A DNA stretch of 64,000 nt from a virus (IMGVR_UViG_3300037466_003369:8276-72275), one strand, 5' to 3'; numbered from the stretch's first letter, positions 29,624-38,006 are shown. Translations and numbers: made by a program. Notes: generated from the sequence alone by a model not told the origin.

Positions 29624-29652
29624 CCCATACCACAGCCTGAAGTAAAAAGAAA
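29624..29652 (-). promoter_or_regulatory. Early-type promoter TTTCTT-N17-TATGGG
   Basis: AT-rich; matches the spacing of the phage promoter family and points into the antisense genes. Confidence 0.6.
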
Positions 29653-29689
29653 CAAAGCAGTCATCGCGGGGGCGTCATTGAACACCAAC

Positions 29690-30061
29690 ATGCCGAGCTT
29701 GGAGACGGTTGGCGGCTGGGTGGCCGTCATCCTCGGGTCCAGTGGCCTGGGGGCGGTGGTCAACCACTGGTCCCAGCGGCACAAGACCAAGGCCATGGAG
29801 CCTGCCGAGCTGATCCGCGCCATCGGCGAGGCCAGCGAGACCATGACCGGCGCCGGTTCCACGCTGATGAAGGCCTTCGTGGAGGAGTTCAAGTTCCTCC
29901 GCAAGCGCATCGACGAACTGGAGGAGGACCTGCGGACCTCCAAGACCGGTCACCAGGAGTGCGAGGCGCAGCTACGCGTGGTGCGCCTTGAGATCGAGGA
30001 ACTGATGCGGGGCCGCGTCGCCGGCTACGGCGAGGTCGCCCCCAAGGGAGATGGAATATGA
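29690..30061 (+). CDS. Holin/antiholin-like protein (1 TM plus coiled coil)
   Basis: N-terminal TM GGWVAVILGSSGLGAVV; first gene of the lysis region. Confidence 0.6.
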   Translation: MPSLETVGGWVAVILGSSGLGAVVNHWSQRHKTKAMEPAELIRAIGEASETMTGAGSTLMKAFVEEFKFLRKRIDELEEDLRTSKTGHQECEAQLRVVRLEIEELMRGRVAGYGEVAPKGDGI

Positions 30062-30372
30062 GCGAGGCCCCCACGCCGCCGGTCACGGCGGCCGATCCCC
30101 CCAAGCCCGACACCTGGGGTCAACTGGTCACCGCCGTGGCCATCGTCCTGGCCCTCTGGACCATCGCCCTCGGACTCGTGATCGTGATCGGCATCCTTCT
30201 GGTCAACGCCGTCATGTCCAAGGACGCCGACGTCGCCAAGACCATGGCCGTGGCCGGAATTGTCATGGGGACCATCGGTACGGTGGTGGGTACGCTGGGG
30301 TCGGCTCTGCAGGCCCCCAGCGGCATCGGCAACGTTGTGCGCGCCGTGACCGGCGGCGCACCCAGGCCATAA
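30058..30372 (+). CDS. Putative holin (2 TM)
   Basis: Two long hydrophobic segments; precedes the endolysin. Confidence 0.7.
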   Translation: MSEAPTPPVTAADPPKPDTWGQLVTAVAIVLALWTIALGLVIVIGILLVNAVMSKDADVAKTMAVAGIVMGTIGTVVGTLGSALQAPSGIGNVVRAVTGGAPRP

Positions 30373-30467
30373 CCCGGCGGACGCGGCCAGGAGTGTCGCC
30401 GCGAAAACGGTTCCTGCGGGCCTCAGGCCGCCTCCGGGCCCGCAATCCCCTGTCCGTGCGAGGTCCC

Positions 30468-30962
30468 ATGACGGACGACGATTTGCTTGCGACCTGCATC
30501 GCCGACGAGGCTGGCGGCGAGCCCTACGAGGGCAAGGTGGCCGTGGCCATCGTGCTCCTCAACCGTATGGCGCTCCGCTATCAGAGCGATGGCACGGCTC
30601 CCGGCACGGTGTTGAGGAAGGACCAGTTCTCGGGCTTCTGGTTCGAAATGATCAACGGTGTCTACACCCGCGTCTGCTACACGTCCGAGGACGCCCAGGC
30701 GCGCGCCGAGGAGAAGTTCGCCCGGTACTCGTTCCAGTCGATCTGGCCCGACTGCAAGCGCGCCATCGTCGATGCCCGGATTTGGGGTGCGCAGCAGAAC
30801 GGCCAGCATGATTCCGTTCTCAGCTTCAATCCCGGCCCTGCCTTCGCGGGCCTGACCCCATCGACCGTCCTCTATTTGAATCCCAGGATCAGTCGCGCCC
30901 CATGGGCCACGCCTGACAAGCAGGACGCGGTGATCTTTAACCACACCTTCTTCCATGCCTGA
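30468..30962 (+). CDS. Endolysin, cell wall hydrolase of the SleB/Hydrolase_2 family
   Basis: ADEAGGEPYEGKVAVAIVLLNR, QFSGF, YLNP, VIFNHTFF. Confidence 0.85.
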   Translation: MTDDDLLATCIADEAGGEPYEGKVAVAIVLLNRMALRYQSDGTAPGTVLRKDQFSGFWFEMINGVYTRVCYTSEDAQARAEEKFARYSFQSIWPDCKRAIVDARIWGAQQNGQHDSVLSFNPGPAFAGLTPSTVLYLNPRISRAPWATPDKQDAVIFNHTFFHA

Positions 30963-30976
30963 GACAATTTGCTTTA

Positions 30977-31005
30977 TTTCTTTCATTTGAACCCTGACCG
31001 ATCTT
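30977..31005 (+). promoter_or_regulatory. Possible promoter TTTCTT-N17-GATCTT
   Basis: AT-rich island after the endolysin stop, similar to the promoter family. Confidence 0.45.
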
Positions 31006-31060
31006 GGGGCACAGTGGCGGTTCCAGCCCGGCCATCGGGGACGGGCCAGGGAGACAATCC

Positions 31061-31504
31061 ATGAGCATCGTATCGAAGGCCATCCGGGACGTGCTGTCCG
31101 GCGTGCCGCTCGCCAAAGTCTGGGACGACGCCTCCACGTCGTTCGAGAACTTCGTCACACAGATCGGCAACAAGAGCCAGATCGCCGCCACCGCCATCGC
31201 GCAGACCGAGGCTGTGGTCAAACAGGGCCTCAGCGACGCCATCTCGGTGGCCGATTCGGCGCTGGGCCAGCACGCCGCCGATGTGGCCAAGATCGTCGAG
31301 GACGGCCTTGACGCGGCCCTGGCCGGGGCGACTGGCGGCGCATCGATCCCATACAACGCGATCATCGACGCCGGCATCGAGGACCTCGCCGGCATCGTCG
31401 TCACCGCGGCCCATGCCTGGGCGGCGAAGGTCAAGGCCAGTCTGATCAATGCGCCGGTCATCGCCGCCCCTCAGCAGCAGGCACAGCAACAGCAGCAGAA
31501 CTGA
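31061..31504 (+). CDS. Ala-rich hypothetical protein
   Basis: GGGAGA RBS before ATG 31061. Confidence 0.7.
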   Translation: MSIVSKAIRDVLSGVPLAKVWDDASTSFENFVTQIGNKSQIAATAIAQTEAVVKQGLSDAISVADSALGQHAADVAKIVEDGLDAALAGATGGASIPYNAIIDAGIEDLAGIVVTAAHAWAAKVKASLINAPVIAAPQQQAQQQQQN

Positions 31505-31514
31505 CGCCTGCGAC

Positions 31515-32051
31515 ATGCACGAGCTGCACGTCCATCACCACTTCCACCGTGAGGGGCAACCGCCGCCCTCCTTCGATGTGGACATCCTGGCGGCGATCAA
31601 AGGACTGAGAGAAGACATGGGTAAGCTGCAAGACTCGATCGCGGCCTTCAATGCCGCTGATGGCGAGCTGACGAACGTCGTCAATGACCTGATGACCCGA
31701 TTCCTGGCCGAGCTGGCCGCCGAGCCGCAGAAGATCGCCGACGCGGTCTCCAAGGCCCTGGCCGATGCGGGCGCGAGCGACGAACAGTCTGCCGCTGCGG
31801 TGGACGCCGCCACGGCCCAGACCCAGGCCCTTCTGGCCAAGGTCAAGGCCGCGTTGGACCCGAGCCACAACGTCGGGGCCGGGACTGACACCACCACGGC
31901 CACGGTCGCCGAGACGACCCAGGACGCCGGCGCCGCCGAGGCCTCGACGGTGAGCGGCGGCGCGGGGGACGACAGCATCGAAGCCGGCGCCGGCGAACCC
32001 GCCGCTCCGGCCACCGCGGCCGAGGACGGGTCCCAGACCCAGGTCTCGTGA
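31515..32051 (+). CDS. Acidic Ala-rich hypothetical protein with a His-rich N-terminus
   Basis: MHELHVHHHFH start; typical codon usage. Confidence 0.7.
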   Translation: MHELHVHHHFHREGQPPPSFDVDILAAIKGLREDMGKLQDSIAAFNAADGELTNVVNDLMTRFLAELAAEPQKIADAVSKALADAGASDEQSAAAVDAATAQTQALLAKVKAALDPSHNVGAGTDTTTATVAETTQDAGAAEASTVSGGAGDDSIEAGAGEPAAPATAAEDGSQTQVS

Positions 32052-32080
32052 TCATTCCCGTTCGAGGGATGGAAGGGCCA

Positions 32081-32110
32081 GGGGTCGCGCGCGAGCGCGG
32101 CCCCTTCTTC
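32081..32110 (+). terminator. GC hairpin with GCGA loop and short T tract
   Basis: GGGGTCGCGC-GCGA-GCGCGGCCCC-TTCTTC. Confidence 0.5.
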
Positions 32111-32180
32111 ATGGAGGAGCCCATGAGTTTCATCGCCCGCAAGGCGGCGTTCGTCGCCGGCTTCGTCTGGGGCCTGATCC

Positions 32181-32594
32181 ATGGATAGGATCATCACCCT
32201 GCTGTGCGCCCTGGTCCTGGCGGCCGGGGCCATGGCCGCCTGGGACCGGCATCCGCCGCTCTCGCTGCCCGTGCTGCCGTTCTGGCATGTTGCCCTGCCG
32301 CCCAGCCTCGCGCAGCAGCGCGACGACGCCCTGGCCGCCATGGGACGGGCCCGCAATGAACAGGTGACCTGTCTGGCCTCCCTGGGCCAGCAAAATATGG
32401 AGATCGAGTCGCTCAGCCGTTACGGCGACGAGATCACCGCCAAGAGCACCGCCGCCCTCGCCAGAGCCGCGGATGAGAACGAGCGCCTGCGCGCCGCCAG
32501 CGCTCACGTCGCCCAGTGGCGTCCCCAGGACGGCCAGGATCAGTGCGGCGCCTGGGGCAGTGCGGACGCCGCCGTCACGGAGGCCCTGAAGTGA
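32181..32594 (+). CDS. i-spanin (Rz-like)
   Basis: N-terminal TM, coiled coil, coupled to a lipoprotein gene. Confidence 0.78.
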   Translation: MDRIITLLCALVLAAGAMAAWDRHPPLSLPVLPFWHVALPPSLAQQRDDALAAMGRARNEQVTCLASLGQQNMEIESLSRYGDEITAKSTAALARAADENERLRAASAHVAQWRPQDGQDQCGAWGSADAAVTEALK

Positions 32595-32878
32595 AGCTCA
32601 TCGTCCTGTTCCTCGCCGCCGGCCTCCTGACGGCCTGCGCGGGGCCCCAGAAGCCCGAGACCCACGTGGTCTACCAGACGGTAGACAGACCCGTACCGGT
32701 GTCCTGCGTGCCATCCGGTCTTAAACCGAAGCCGGAAGGCCTGCTCACCAGGGAGCAGGCCGAGGAGATGGATGGACCCCACCGATACGTGGCCATCGTG
32801 GCCGACTGGGCGCTCCGCGTCGCCCGCATGAATGACACCGAGCCGGTCATCGAGGCCTGCCGCTCTGTCCCGAGATAG
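32591..32878 (+). CDS. o-spanin (Rz1-like lipoprotein)
   Basis: GTG overlaps the Rz stop. Lipobox LTAC; VDRPVPVSC; Pro-rich. Confidence 0.82.
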   Translation: MKLIVLFLAAGLLTACAGPQKPETHVVYQTVDRPVPVSCVPSGLKPKPEGLLTREQAEEMDGPHRYVAIVADWALRVARMNDTEPVIEACRSVPR

Positions 32879-32905
32879 CGCGTCCCAGTCCTTCGCGCTC
32901 CACCT

Positions 32906-32934
32906 GGGCCCCGGTTCACGCCGGGGCCCTTTTT
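32906..32934 (+). terminator. Rho-independent terminator ending the late operon
   Basis: GGGCCCCGG-TTCACG-CCGGGGCCC-TTTTT at the strand-switch point. Confidence 0.9.
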
Positions 32935-32938
32935 CGTT

Positions 32939-33157
32939 TCAGGGGCGCTTGGCCCTGATCTCCTCCGGCGTCAGCACACGCGGGTCATCGTGGTCCAGGC
33001 TCTCGATGATGGGGTGATCCATGCGGTGTCGAGCCCTGGCGGCCGAGTAGCGGACGTTCAACGTCGCGGCGCGCTCGGCGCCGCAGAAGGGTACGTCCGA
33101 CAGCGGCTTCAGCCTCAGGCGCTTCTCCTCCTCGGGAAAGTAGATGCGCGCTCCCAT
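32939..33157 (-). CDS. 72-aa hypothetical protein
   Basis: MGARIYFPEEEKRL...; ATG coupled to the upstream mini-ORF stop. Confidence 0.65.
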   Translation of the reverse strand: MGARIYFPEEEKRLRLKPLSDVPFCGAERAATLNVRYSAARARHRMDHPIIESLDHDDPRVLTPEEIRAKRP

Positions 33158-33221
33158 CAGGCGTACTCCGACGGAAGTGGGGCCATCCCCATCAGGCGTA
33201 CTCCGACGGAAGTGGGGCCAT
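33153..33221. repeat. 34-bp exact direct repeat (period 35) duplicating the thyX 3' end
   Basis: cccatcaggcgtactccgacggaagtggggccat at 33153-33186 and 33188-33221. Confidence 0.95.
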
Positions 33222-34115
33222 GGCCTCGCCCGGCAGCATCTTGCGGTACTGCCGCCAGCCGGTGAGGTTGCCGTGCTCCTCGGGACGGTTCCACAGTTCG
33301 CTTCCGCACTCCGGGCATTCGATGTGATCCGCGATAGGCATATGCGTGTCGGGCGTCGCCTGATGCTCGGCCGGGCTGGCATGGACCGGGCTGGCCGCCA
33401 GGAGCTTGTCGTACAACTCCAGGTCCTCCTCGACGGTGGATACCTTCCCGGTCTTGAACGACAGCCGCGAGACGCGGGCGCAGCGGGCGACCGAGACCTT
33501 GATGGCGGCATGTTCAATGCTGACGGCGTTGGCCAACGGGATGTCCAGCGCCCAGAGGTCCTCGTGGTTGATGTATGGCAGATGCCATTCGCCCGGATAG
33601 CGAAGTCCCGGCGTGCTGGATAGGTAGGCGCGCCACATGACATCGGCCAGGGCTCTGATCTCCGGCTGGGCCTCCTTGTCGAGGCGCAGGCCGAAGAAGT
33701 TCATGAACTCGGTCGCGGTCACCACCACGTTGATGTGCTGGTAGGGCATCAGCACCCGGTTCACGAACTGCTTGTGGGCGTCGACCGCGGCCATGGCCCT
33801 GGCGGCGCCGAGGGCCGACTGCATCCCGTTGTTCCAGGCCCGCTTGGCCACGGCCAGGGCGCTTCCGGTCAGCTCCTCCCTGGCGCTCATGCCGGGGACG
33901 TTGCGGCCCCAGTGGATCGGGTAGACCGGATCGCGATCCACGTCCTCGATCATGGCCTTCACCGGGATGGCCCGCGCCGAGGAGGCGTTGCGACTGAACA
34001 CCCGGTGGGTCAGTAGCTCGTCGTGGATGAAGCGTGGGTAGCGGAGCTGGAAGGTGGTCAGGCGGTCGCACCGCGGACTGATGCTGTCCAGGACGACGCT
34101 GGCGGTGATGGTCAT
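33192..34115 (-). CDS. thyX: Flavin-dependent thymidylate synthase
   Basis: THRVFSRNASSARAIP motif, FFGLR...AQPEI, SVARCARVS, HASPAEHQA. Confidence 0.93.
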   Translation of the reverse strand: MTITASVVLDSISPRCDRLTTFQLRYPRFIHDELLTHRVFSRNASSARAIPVKAMIEDVDRDPVYPIHWGRNVPGMSAREELTGSALAVAKRAWNNGMQSALGAARAMAAVDAHKQFVNRVLMPYQHINVVVTATEFMNFFGLRLDKEAQPEIRALADVMWRAYLSSTPGLRYPGEWHLPYINHEDLWALDIPLANAVSIEHAAIKVSVARCARVSRLSFKTGKVSTVEEDLELYDKLLAASPVHASPAEHQATPDTHMPIADHIECPECGSELWNRPEEHGNLTGWRQYRKMLPGEAMAPLPSEYA

Positions 34116-34385
34116 TCAGTCATGCTCCGCGGTCAGGAGATCGATGTCGTTGGCGAGCGCCACCAGCTTCGGGAAGAGTCTCTCGTAGAGCCTGAGGCGC
34201 TCGCGGTCGGAGGCCTTCTCAAGCCGCCCGGAGACCTCCTCGTAGGTGGTGAACCTGTGGCTGCACTGCGAGCACTCCCGGCGGCGCCGGACGCTGCCGT
34301 CCACGTCCTGCCGGGAATCCTTGACGTTGGTCCGGGCGTCGCACTTCGGACAGGCGAAGCCGTTGGCCGAGGAGGGGCCGGCCAC
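34116..34385 (-). CDS. NrdR-like zinc ribbon without the ATP cone
   Basis: CPKC...VKDSR...[18 protein letters not shown]. Confidence 0.82.
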   Translation of the reverse strand: MAGPSSANGFACPKCDARTNVKDSRQDVDGSVRRRRECSQCSHRFTTYEEVSGRLEKASDRERLRLYERLFPKLVALANDIDLLTAEHD

Positions 34386-34672
34386 TAGGACGACCGGGCC
34401 AGGATGGCCTCCAGAGTCTGCACCCTGGACTCCAGGTCCTCGGCCCACCGCCGGCAGAGGTCGCGCACGCCGGCCGGATAAGCGTCGCCGCCCTCGGCGA
34501 TCTCGGCGCAGACGTCCATCAGCGCCGCCGCGGCGTCGGATACGTCAGTCCGGATGTGATCCCTGGCCAGGGCCCTGGCCTCGGCCTGCAGGCGGCGGAT
34601 GCGTTCGCCCACCGTCTCCGGCTTCGTGGGCGGCAGCCCGATGATGGTCTGGTGCTGAGGTTCGACGCTCAT
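34385..34672 (-). CDS. Homolog of a small Caulobacteraceae-type conserved protein
   Basis: [16 protein letters not shown]...[16 protein letters not shown], recalled from Caulobacter-type proteins. Confidence 0.7.
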   Translation of the reverse strand: MSVEPQHQTIIGLPPTKPETVGERIRRLQAEARALARDHIRTDVSDAAAALMDVCAEIAEGGDAYPAGVRDLCRRWAEDLESRVQTLEAILARSS

Positions 34673-35082
34673 GCCGCGGCCACGTACTTGTTGGCCTCGG
34701 GCGTGGCGTCCAGGAAGGCCTGGGCGGTGATCGCGCTTCCGTCGAAGAGGTCGTAGATCGCCCACACCGAGGGCCCCAGCACTCGGCCCGAGGTGGCGGG
34801 ACGGTGCTCCAGCCAGTAGACGGTTTTGTCGTGCATCCGGGCCCATTCGATCTCACGGGTGGTGCTCTCGCCGTAGTAGCCGTCCACGTTGAGAACGACG
34901 ATGGCGTCGGAGTGATTGATCTTGTCCTGGTGGACGAGGTCGAAGCGGCGCTTCTCCTCCTCGGAGGCATCGCCCTCCATGCGGCAGATCGTGTAGACGG
35001 TGTGCCCGGCCTTGGTCAGGATGACGTCCCAGTCCCGGAACGCCTGCCCGAACCGCGTCGAGCCGCAGAGCGTGATCTTCAT
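34669..35082 (-). CDS. Nucleoside 2-deoxyribosyltransferase-like (DUF4406-like) protein
   Basis: ITLCGSTRF, KINHSDAIVVLNVDGYYGESTTREIEWA. Confidence 0.75.
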   Translation of the reverse strand: MKITLCGSTRFGQAFRDWDVILTKAGHTVYTICRMEGDASEEEKRRFDLVHQDKINHSDAIVVLNVDGYYGESTTREIEWARMHDKTVYWLEHRPATSGRVLGPSVWAIYDLFDGSAITAQAFLDATPEANKYVAAA

Positions 35083-35282
35083 GATGCCTTCCTGATGTCT
35101 GAGTCCGTTGACGCCGTCACGATCCATCTCTCGGTCTGATAGTAGATCGTGTCGCCAACCCTGATTCCTGTGGGCACGTAGATTGTGCGGATCGTGGGAG
35201 AGGCCAGCGAAGAAATCGCCGGCAACAGCGGCGCAGCCACGGCGCCGGCCAGGAGACCGAACAGTCCTCTTTGAGTGGTCAT
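35079..35282 (-). CDS. Small protein with a Tat-like or hydrophobic N-terminus
   Basis: MTTQRGLFGLLAGAVAAPLLPA. Confidence 0.55.
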   Translation of the reverse strand: MTTQRGLFGLLAGAVAAPLLPAISSLASPTIRTIYVPTGIRVGDTIYYQTERWIVTASTDSDIRKAS

Positions 35283-35283
35283 G

Positions 35284-36048
35284 TCACGGTCCCTGCAACG
35301 CGTCCCAGAAGCGCCGGCCCAGGGCCACGTGGCCCGCGGCGGTGTAGTGCAGGCTGTCGGGCTGCAGCGGCAGGTCCTTGGTTGTGAAGCCCGGCGAATT
35401 GGCCGGGTCATCGGTGGAGACGTCCCATTGCGCCAGCCGCACGGTCTGCACGTAGGTGGTCAGCGGCGCATTGATGCGGCCGACGCCCACCCTGTTCACC
35501 GACCAGCCCACGGTGGGGTCCCGGACGTGGGCCAGGAAGTCCCGCAGGTTGGTGTTGTAGTTGTCGGCCGCGGTCTGGTCGGTTGCGTCCTGCTCGCCCT
35601 GCATCCACATGCAGAAGTCGTAGGCCGTGAAGGCGTACTGGCCGCCGGCCAGCGCCGCCATGGCCGCCTGGGTGGTGTCGTGGGCGGTCTTGAACAATTC
35701 CGCCGTGCTCTCCGGCGACCAGTCCAGGACGCCCACGCCGTCATTCCTGGCGAGGCCCGTGGAGCCCTTCACACAGCCGGCCTTGACGATCCAGAGCGAG
35801 TCGCTCGACGACACGTTCTTGGACTTCCATTGGTTGGCGAACTCCACCTCCGGACCCCAGACGCCGGGGTTGGCCAGCGTGCCGGTGTTGGAGCCGGGCA
35901 GCATGTAGTTCCAGGCGTCCGGGACGCCGTCGCCGTTGGTGTCGCACCAAATCTGGACGCGGGCGTCGGGCGTGTAGGGCGCCGGGCCGGTGTTCAGGAA
36001 GCCGAGGGCGTTGGACTGTCCCGCGACGATCACGCGCATCATGGCCAT
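35284..36048 (-). CDS. Sialate O-acetylesterase-like SGNH hydrolase (SASA family)
   Basis: AGQSNALG, WMQGEQDA, DSLHYTAAG. Confidence 0.85.
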   Translation of the reverse strand: MAMMRVIVAGQSNALGFLNTGPAPYTPDARVQIWCDTNGDGVPDAWNYMLPGSNTGTLANPGVWGPEVEFANQWKSKNVSSSDSLWIVKAGCVKGSTGLARNDGVGVLDWSPESTAELFKTAHDTTQAAMAALAGGQYAFTAYDFCMWMQGEQDATDQTAADNYNTNLRDFLAHVRDPTVGWSVNRVGVGRINAPLTTYVQTVRLAQWDVSTDDPANSPGFTTKDLPLQPDSLHYTAAGHVALGRRFWDALQGP

Positions 36049-36353
36049 CAGGCGATCTCCCTGGCGTCCTGGTCGATCTCATCCTCGACCAGCGAGGTGT
36101 CGCCGTCGTCCAGGGGCGCGAACAGCGAGATACAGTAGCCGACGCGGTGACCGCTGGACATGACGGCGGGACGCTCGCGCAGCGCCACGGCCCGGTCACA
36201 GGCGTCGATGGGGCAGACGCCATGGCTCCAGACGTCGACCCTCTCCACGAAGTAGATCGCGCCCTGGGTGACGTCATGGCGCGTCACATGACCCATGGAC
36301 TTCCAGGTCCGGACGCAGCGCACGCACATGCCGGGACCGATGGGCTTGGCCAT
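36048..36353 (-). CDS. Hypothetical protein
   Basis: Coupled ORF. Confidence 0.6.
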   Translation of the reverse strand: MAKPIGPGMCVRCVRTWKSMGHVTRHDVTQGAIYFVERVDVWSHGVCPIDACDRAVALRERPAVMSSGHRVGYCISLFAPLDDGDTSLVEDEIDQDAREIA

Positions 36354-36433
36354 CAGTGACCTCCGCCGAGGATCAGCGCGGCGCCCAGGGTGAACAGGGC
36401 CACGGCCCAGGTGAAGTCCATCAATGCCCGCAT
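36353..36433 (-). CDS. 26-aa hydrophobic peptide
   Basis: GGAGGAGG RBS; MRALMDFTWAVALFTLGAALILGGGH. Confidence 0.55.
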   Translation of the reverse strand: MRALMDFTWAVALFTLGAALILGGGH

Positions 36434-36469
36434 GTCAGCCTCCTCCGATTGCGCAGCCATGCTGCACCA

Positions 36470-36490
36470 TAGCGAGACAAAAAGAAAGTG
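36470..36490 (-). promoter_or_regulatory. Partial copy of the promoter motif (CACTTTCTTTTTGTC)
   Basis: The -35-side motif is conserved but the -10 spacing is irregular. Confidence 0.45.
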
Positions 36491-36495
36491 ATTTC

Positions 36496-36723
36496 CTACG
36501 TGACCGGTCGCCGCGCCTCGTCGGAAACCGGAATCCACTGACCGCTTCTGAAGTCGATGTGACCATTCATGATAGCCAGCCGCTCGATGTGATGTAGCCG
36601 CCGCTTTGGACAGTGCGTCGTCAGGCTGGCCTCCAGGCCGTTACAGACGAGACAGAATCGTTCGCCCCGAACCATCGCCCGCGGGAAGGAGTGGAACGGC
36701 CAGTCGATCACTTCAGCAGTCAT
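36496..36723 (-). CDS. Hypothetical protein, Cys/His-rich
   Basis: FCLVCNGLEASLTTHCP. Confidence 0.6.
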   Translation of the reverse strand: MTAEVIDWPFHSFPRAMVRGERFCLVCNGLEASLTTHCPKRRLHHIERLAIMNGHIDFRSGQWIPVSDEARRPVT

Positions 36724-37024
36724 TGACCTGCAGCTCCGCGCCATGACGCGCCACCTCGGCGGCGAACCGGTCCTCGTAGTGCTCGGCGATGGGGCCGGCG
36801 CCGTGTCCGACTACGATCTCGTGGCCGCAGTCCGGGCACGCCCAGAGGTCCGAGTTCCAGAGCTTGTAGGGCGTCCAGGCGTCCGGGCAGCGCAGGCCGC
36901 GCACGTTCTCGTCGCGCTCGACGCGGACGGCGCCGCCGTGGGGCTTGCCCTCGATCCAGGCGAAGCCGTTCTGCTTGGGTCGGTAGAAGCACCGGCACTT
37001 CACGCACACGGGTTTCGGCATCAT
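36713..37024 (-). CDS. Zinc-ribbon hypothetical protein
   Basis: CVKC...CPDCGHEIVVG. Confidence 0.65.
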   Translation of the reverse strand: MMPKPVCVKCRCFYRPKQNGFAWIEGKPHGGAVRVERDENVRGLRCPDAWTPYKLWNSDLWACPDCGHEIVVGHGAGPIAEHYEDRFAAEVARHGAELQVNDC

Positions 37025-37230
37025 TTCCCTCCCTTCAGTTCCACGGCCCTTCCGCCGCCGTTGTGGATCAGCCAGCGCCGGCCACCCTTCCTGGCCTTCA
37101 GGATGACATCCTTGCCGTCAAAAATGTTAGGCGTCGGCGCTTTGGTCTTTGCGACGTCCACATGGACGATTTCGTCATGGATCACAGAGCCGCGCGACAC
37201 GCGGCGGGGTTCAGGCTTGGACTTCGGCAC
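37021..37230 (-). CDS. Basic hypothetical protein
   Basis: Coupled ORF. Confidence 0.55.
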   Translation of the reverse strand: MPKSKPEPRRVSRGSVIHDEIVHVDVAKTKAPTPNIFDGKDVILKARKGGRRWLIHNGGGRAVELKGGK

Positions 37231-37435
37231 GTTGCGCCTCCCGCTTGGCGAGGTAGTCGCAGCGGGCCTTGGCCAGGGACAGGCCGTCCGGGGTCCTGGG
37301 GTAGGCGCTGTCGCCGGTCGAGTGCGTGCCGCCGGGAGCCGGACGGTAGACCGCGTAGCAGGGCTCGCCGGTCAGGGTCTTGTCGCGGGCGACCCAGTAG
37401 GCGCCGTTCTCGTGCATGATGTCGGTTTCCCTCAT
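37211..37435 (-). CDS. Hypothetical protein
   Basis: MRETDIMHENGAYWV...; overlaps its neighbours. Confidence 0.65.
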   Translation of the reverse strand: MRETDIMHENGAYWVARDKTLTGEPCYAVYRPAPGGTHSTGDSAYPRTPDGLSLAKARCDYLAKREAQRAEVQA

Positions 37436-37617
37436 GCAAGTTCCTCTCGAAGCTTGATCATCTGGACCCGGCCGGCATTGTGGCCTTGCGACCAAGCCAG
37501 CTTCTCCTGTGGGCGGTCGGCGCTGAAGGGATTGGAGCCGTAGGGCTTGCCCTCCACTCCTGCCGCGTGACCCATATCATTGGCGCGCTCGATTTGGCGC
37601 TGGGTGGGCTGGTTCAT
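37432..37617 (-). CDS. Rmf/CrpP-like small protein
   Basis: GHAAGVEGKPYGSNPF...AWSQGHNAG pattern. Confidence 0.6.
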   Translation of the reverse strand: MNQPTQRQIERANDMGHAAGVEGKPYGSNPFSADRPQEKLAWSQGHNAGRVQMIKLREELA

Positions 37618-38006
37618 GCCGCCTCCTTCCGTTCCTCGATCTTCGCGGCCTCTGCCGCCTTCGTCTTGGCCGCCTTCGCCTTGGGCTCGACCCTGAGCAG
37701 CGCGCCCAGGCCCTGCCGCCGCATCCGCTTCTTCAGCAGTTCCGCGGGATCGGGCCGCCCGGCCGCCCGGTCCTCGGCGATGATCCTGTCCAGCTCCAAG
37801 CATAGCTCCGTCAGCGCGATCTTGCCGATGGGGTCGCCCTTCAGGTGGCGGCCCCGCCGCCACGCGAGGAGCTGGAGCATCAGGGGCGCGCCCCGCTTCA
37901 GCATCCGGTTGTTCCAGGCCCGCTTGTGTTCGGCGCAACAGAACACCGCGAGGGGGTGGGCGGGTTCGTGCTGGACGCCGCACTCGGGACAGATTTCCTT
38001 GGCCAT
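37614..38006 (-). CDS. Zinc-finger hypothetical protein
   Basis: CPECG...FCCAEHKRAWNNR. Confidence 0.7.
   Translation of the reverse strand: MAKEICPECGVQHEPAHPLAVFCCAEHKRAWNNRMLKRGAPLMLQLLAWRRGRHLKGDPIGKIALTELCLELDRIIAEDRAAGRPDPAELLKKRMRRQGLGALLRVEPKAKAAKTKAAEAAKIEERKEAA

Noticed and set aside
33153-33221. 34-bp repeat as a CRISPR array or att site
   Set aside because: Only two copies with a 1-bp spacer; no cas genes or integrase in the window.
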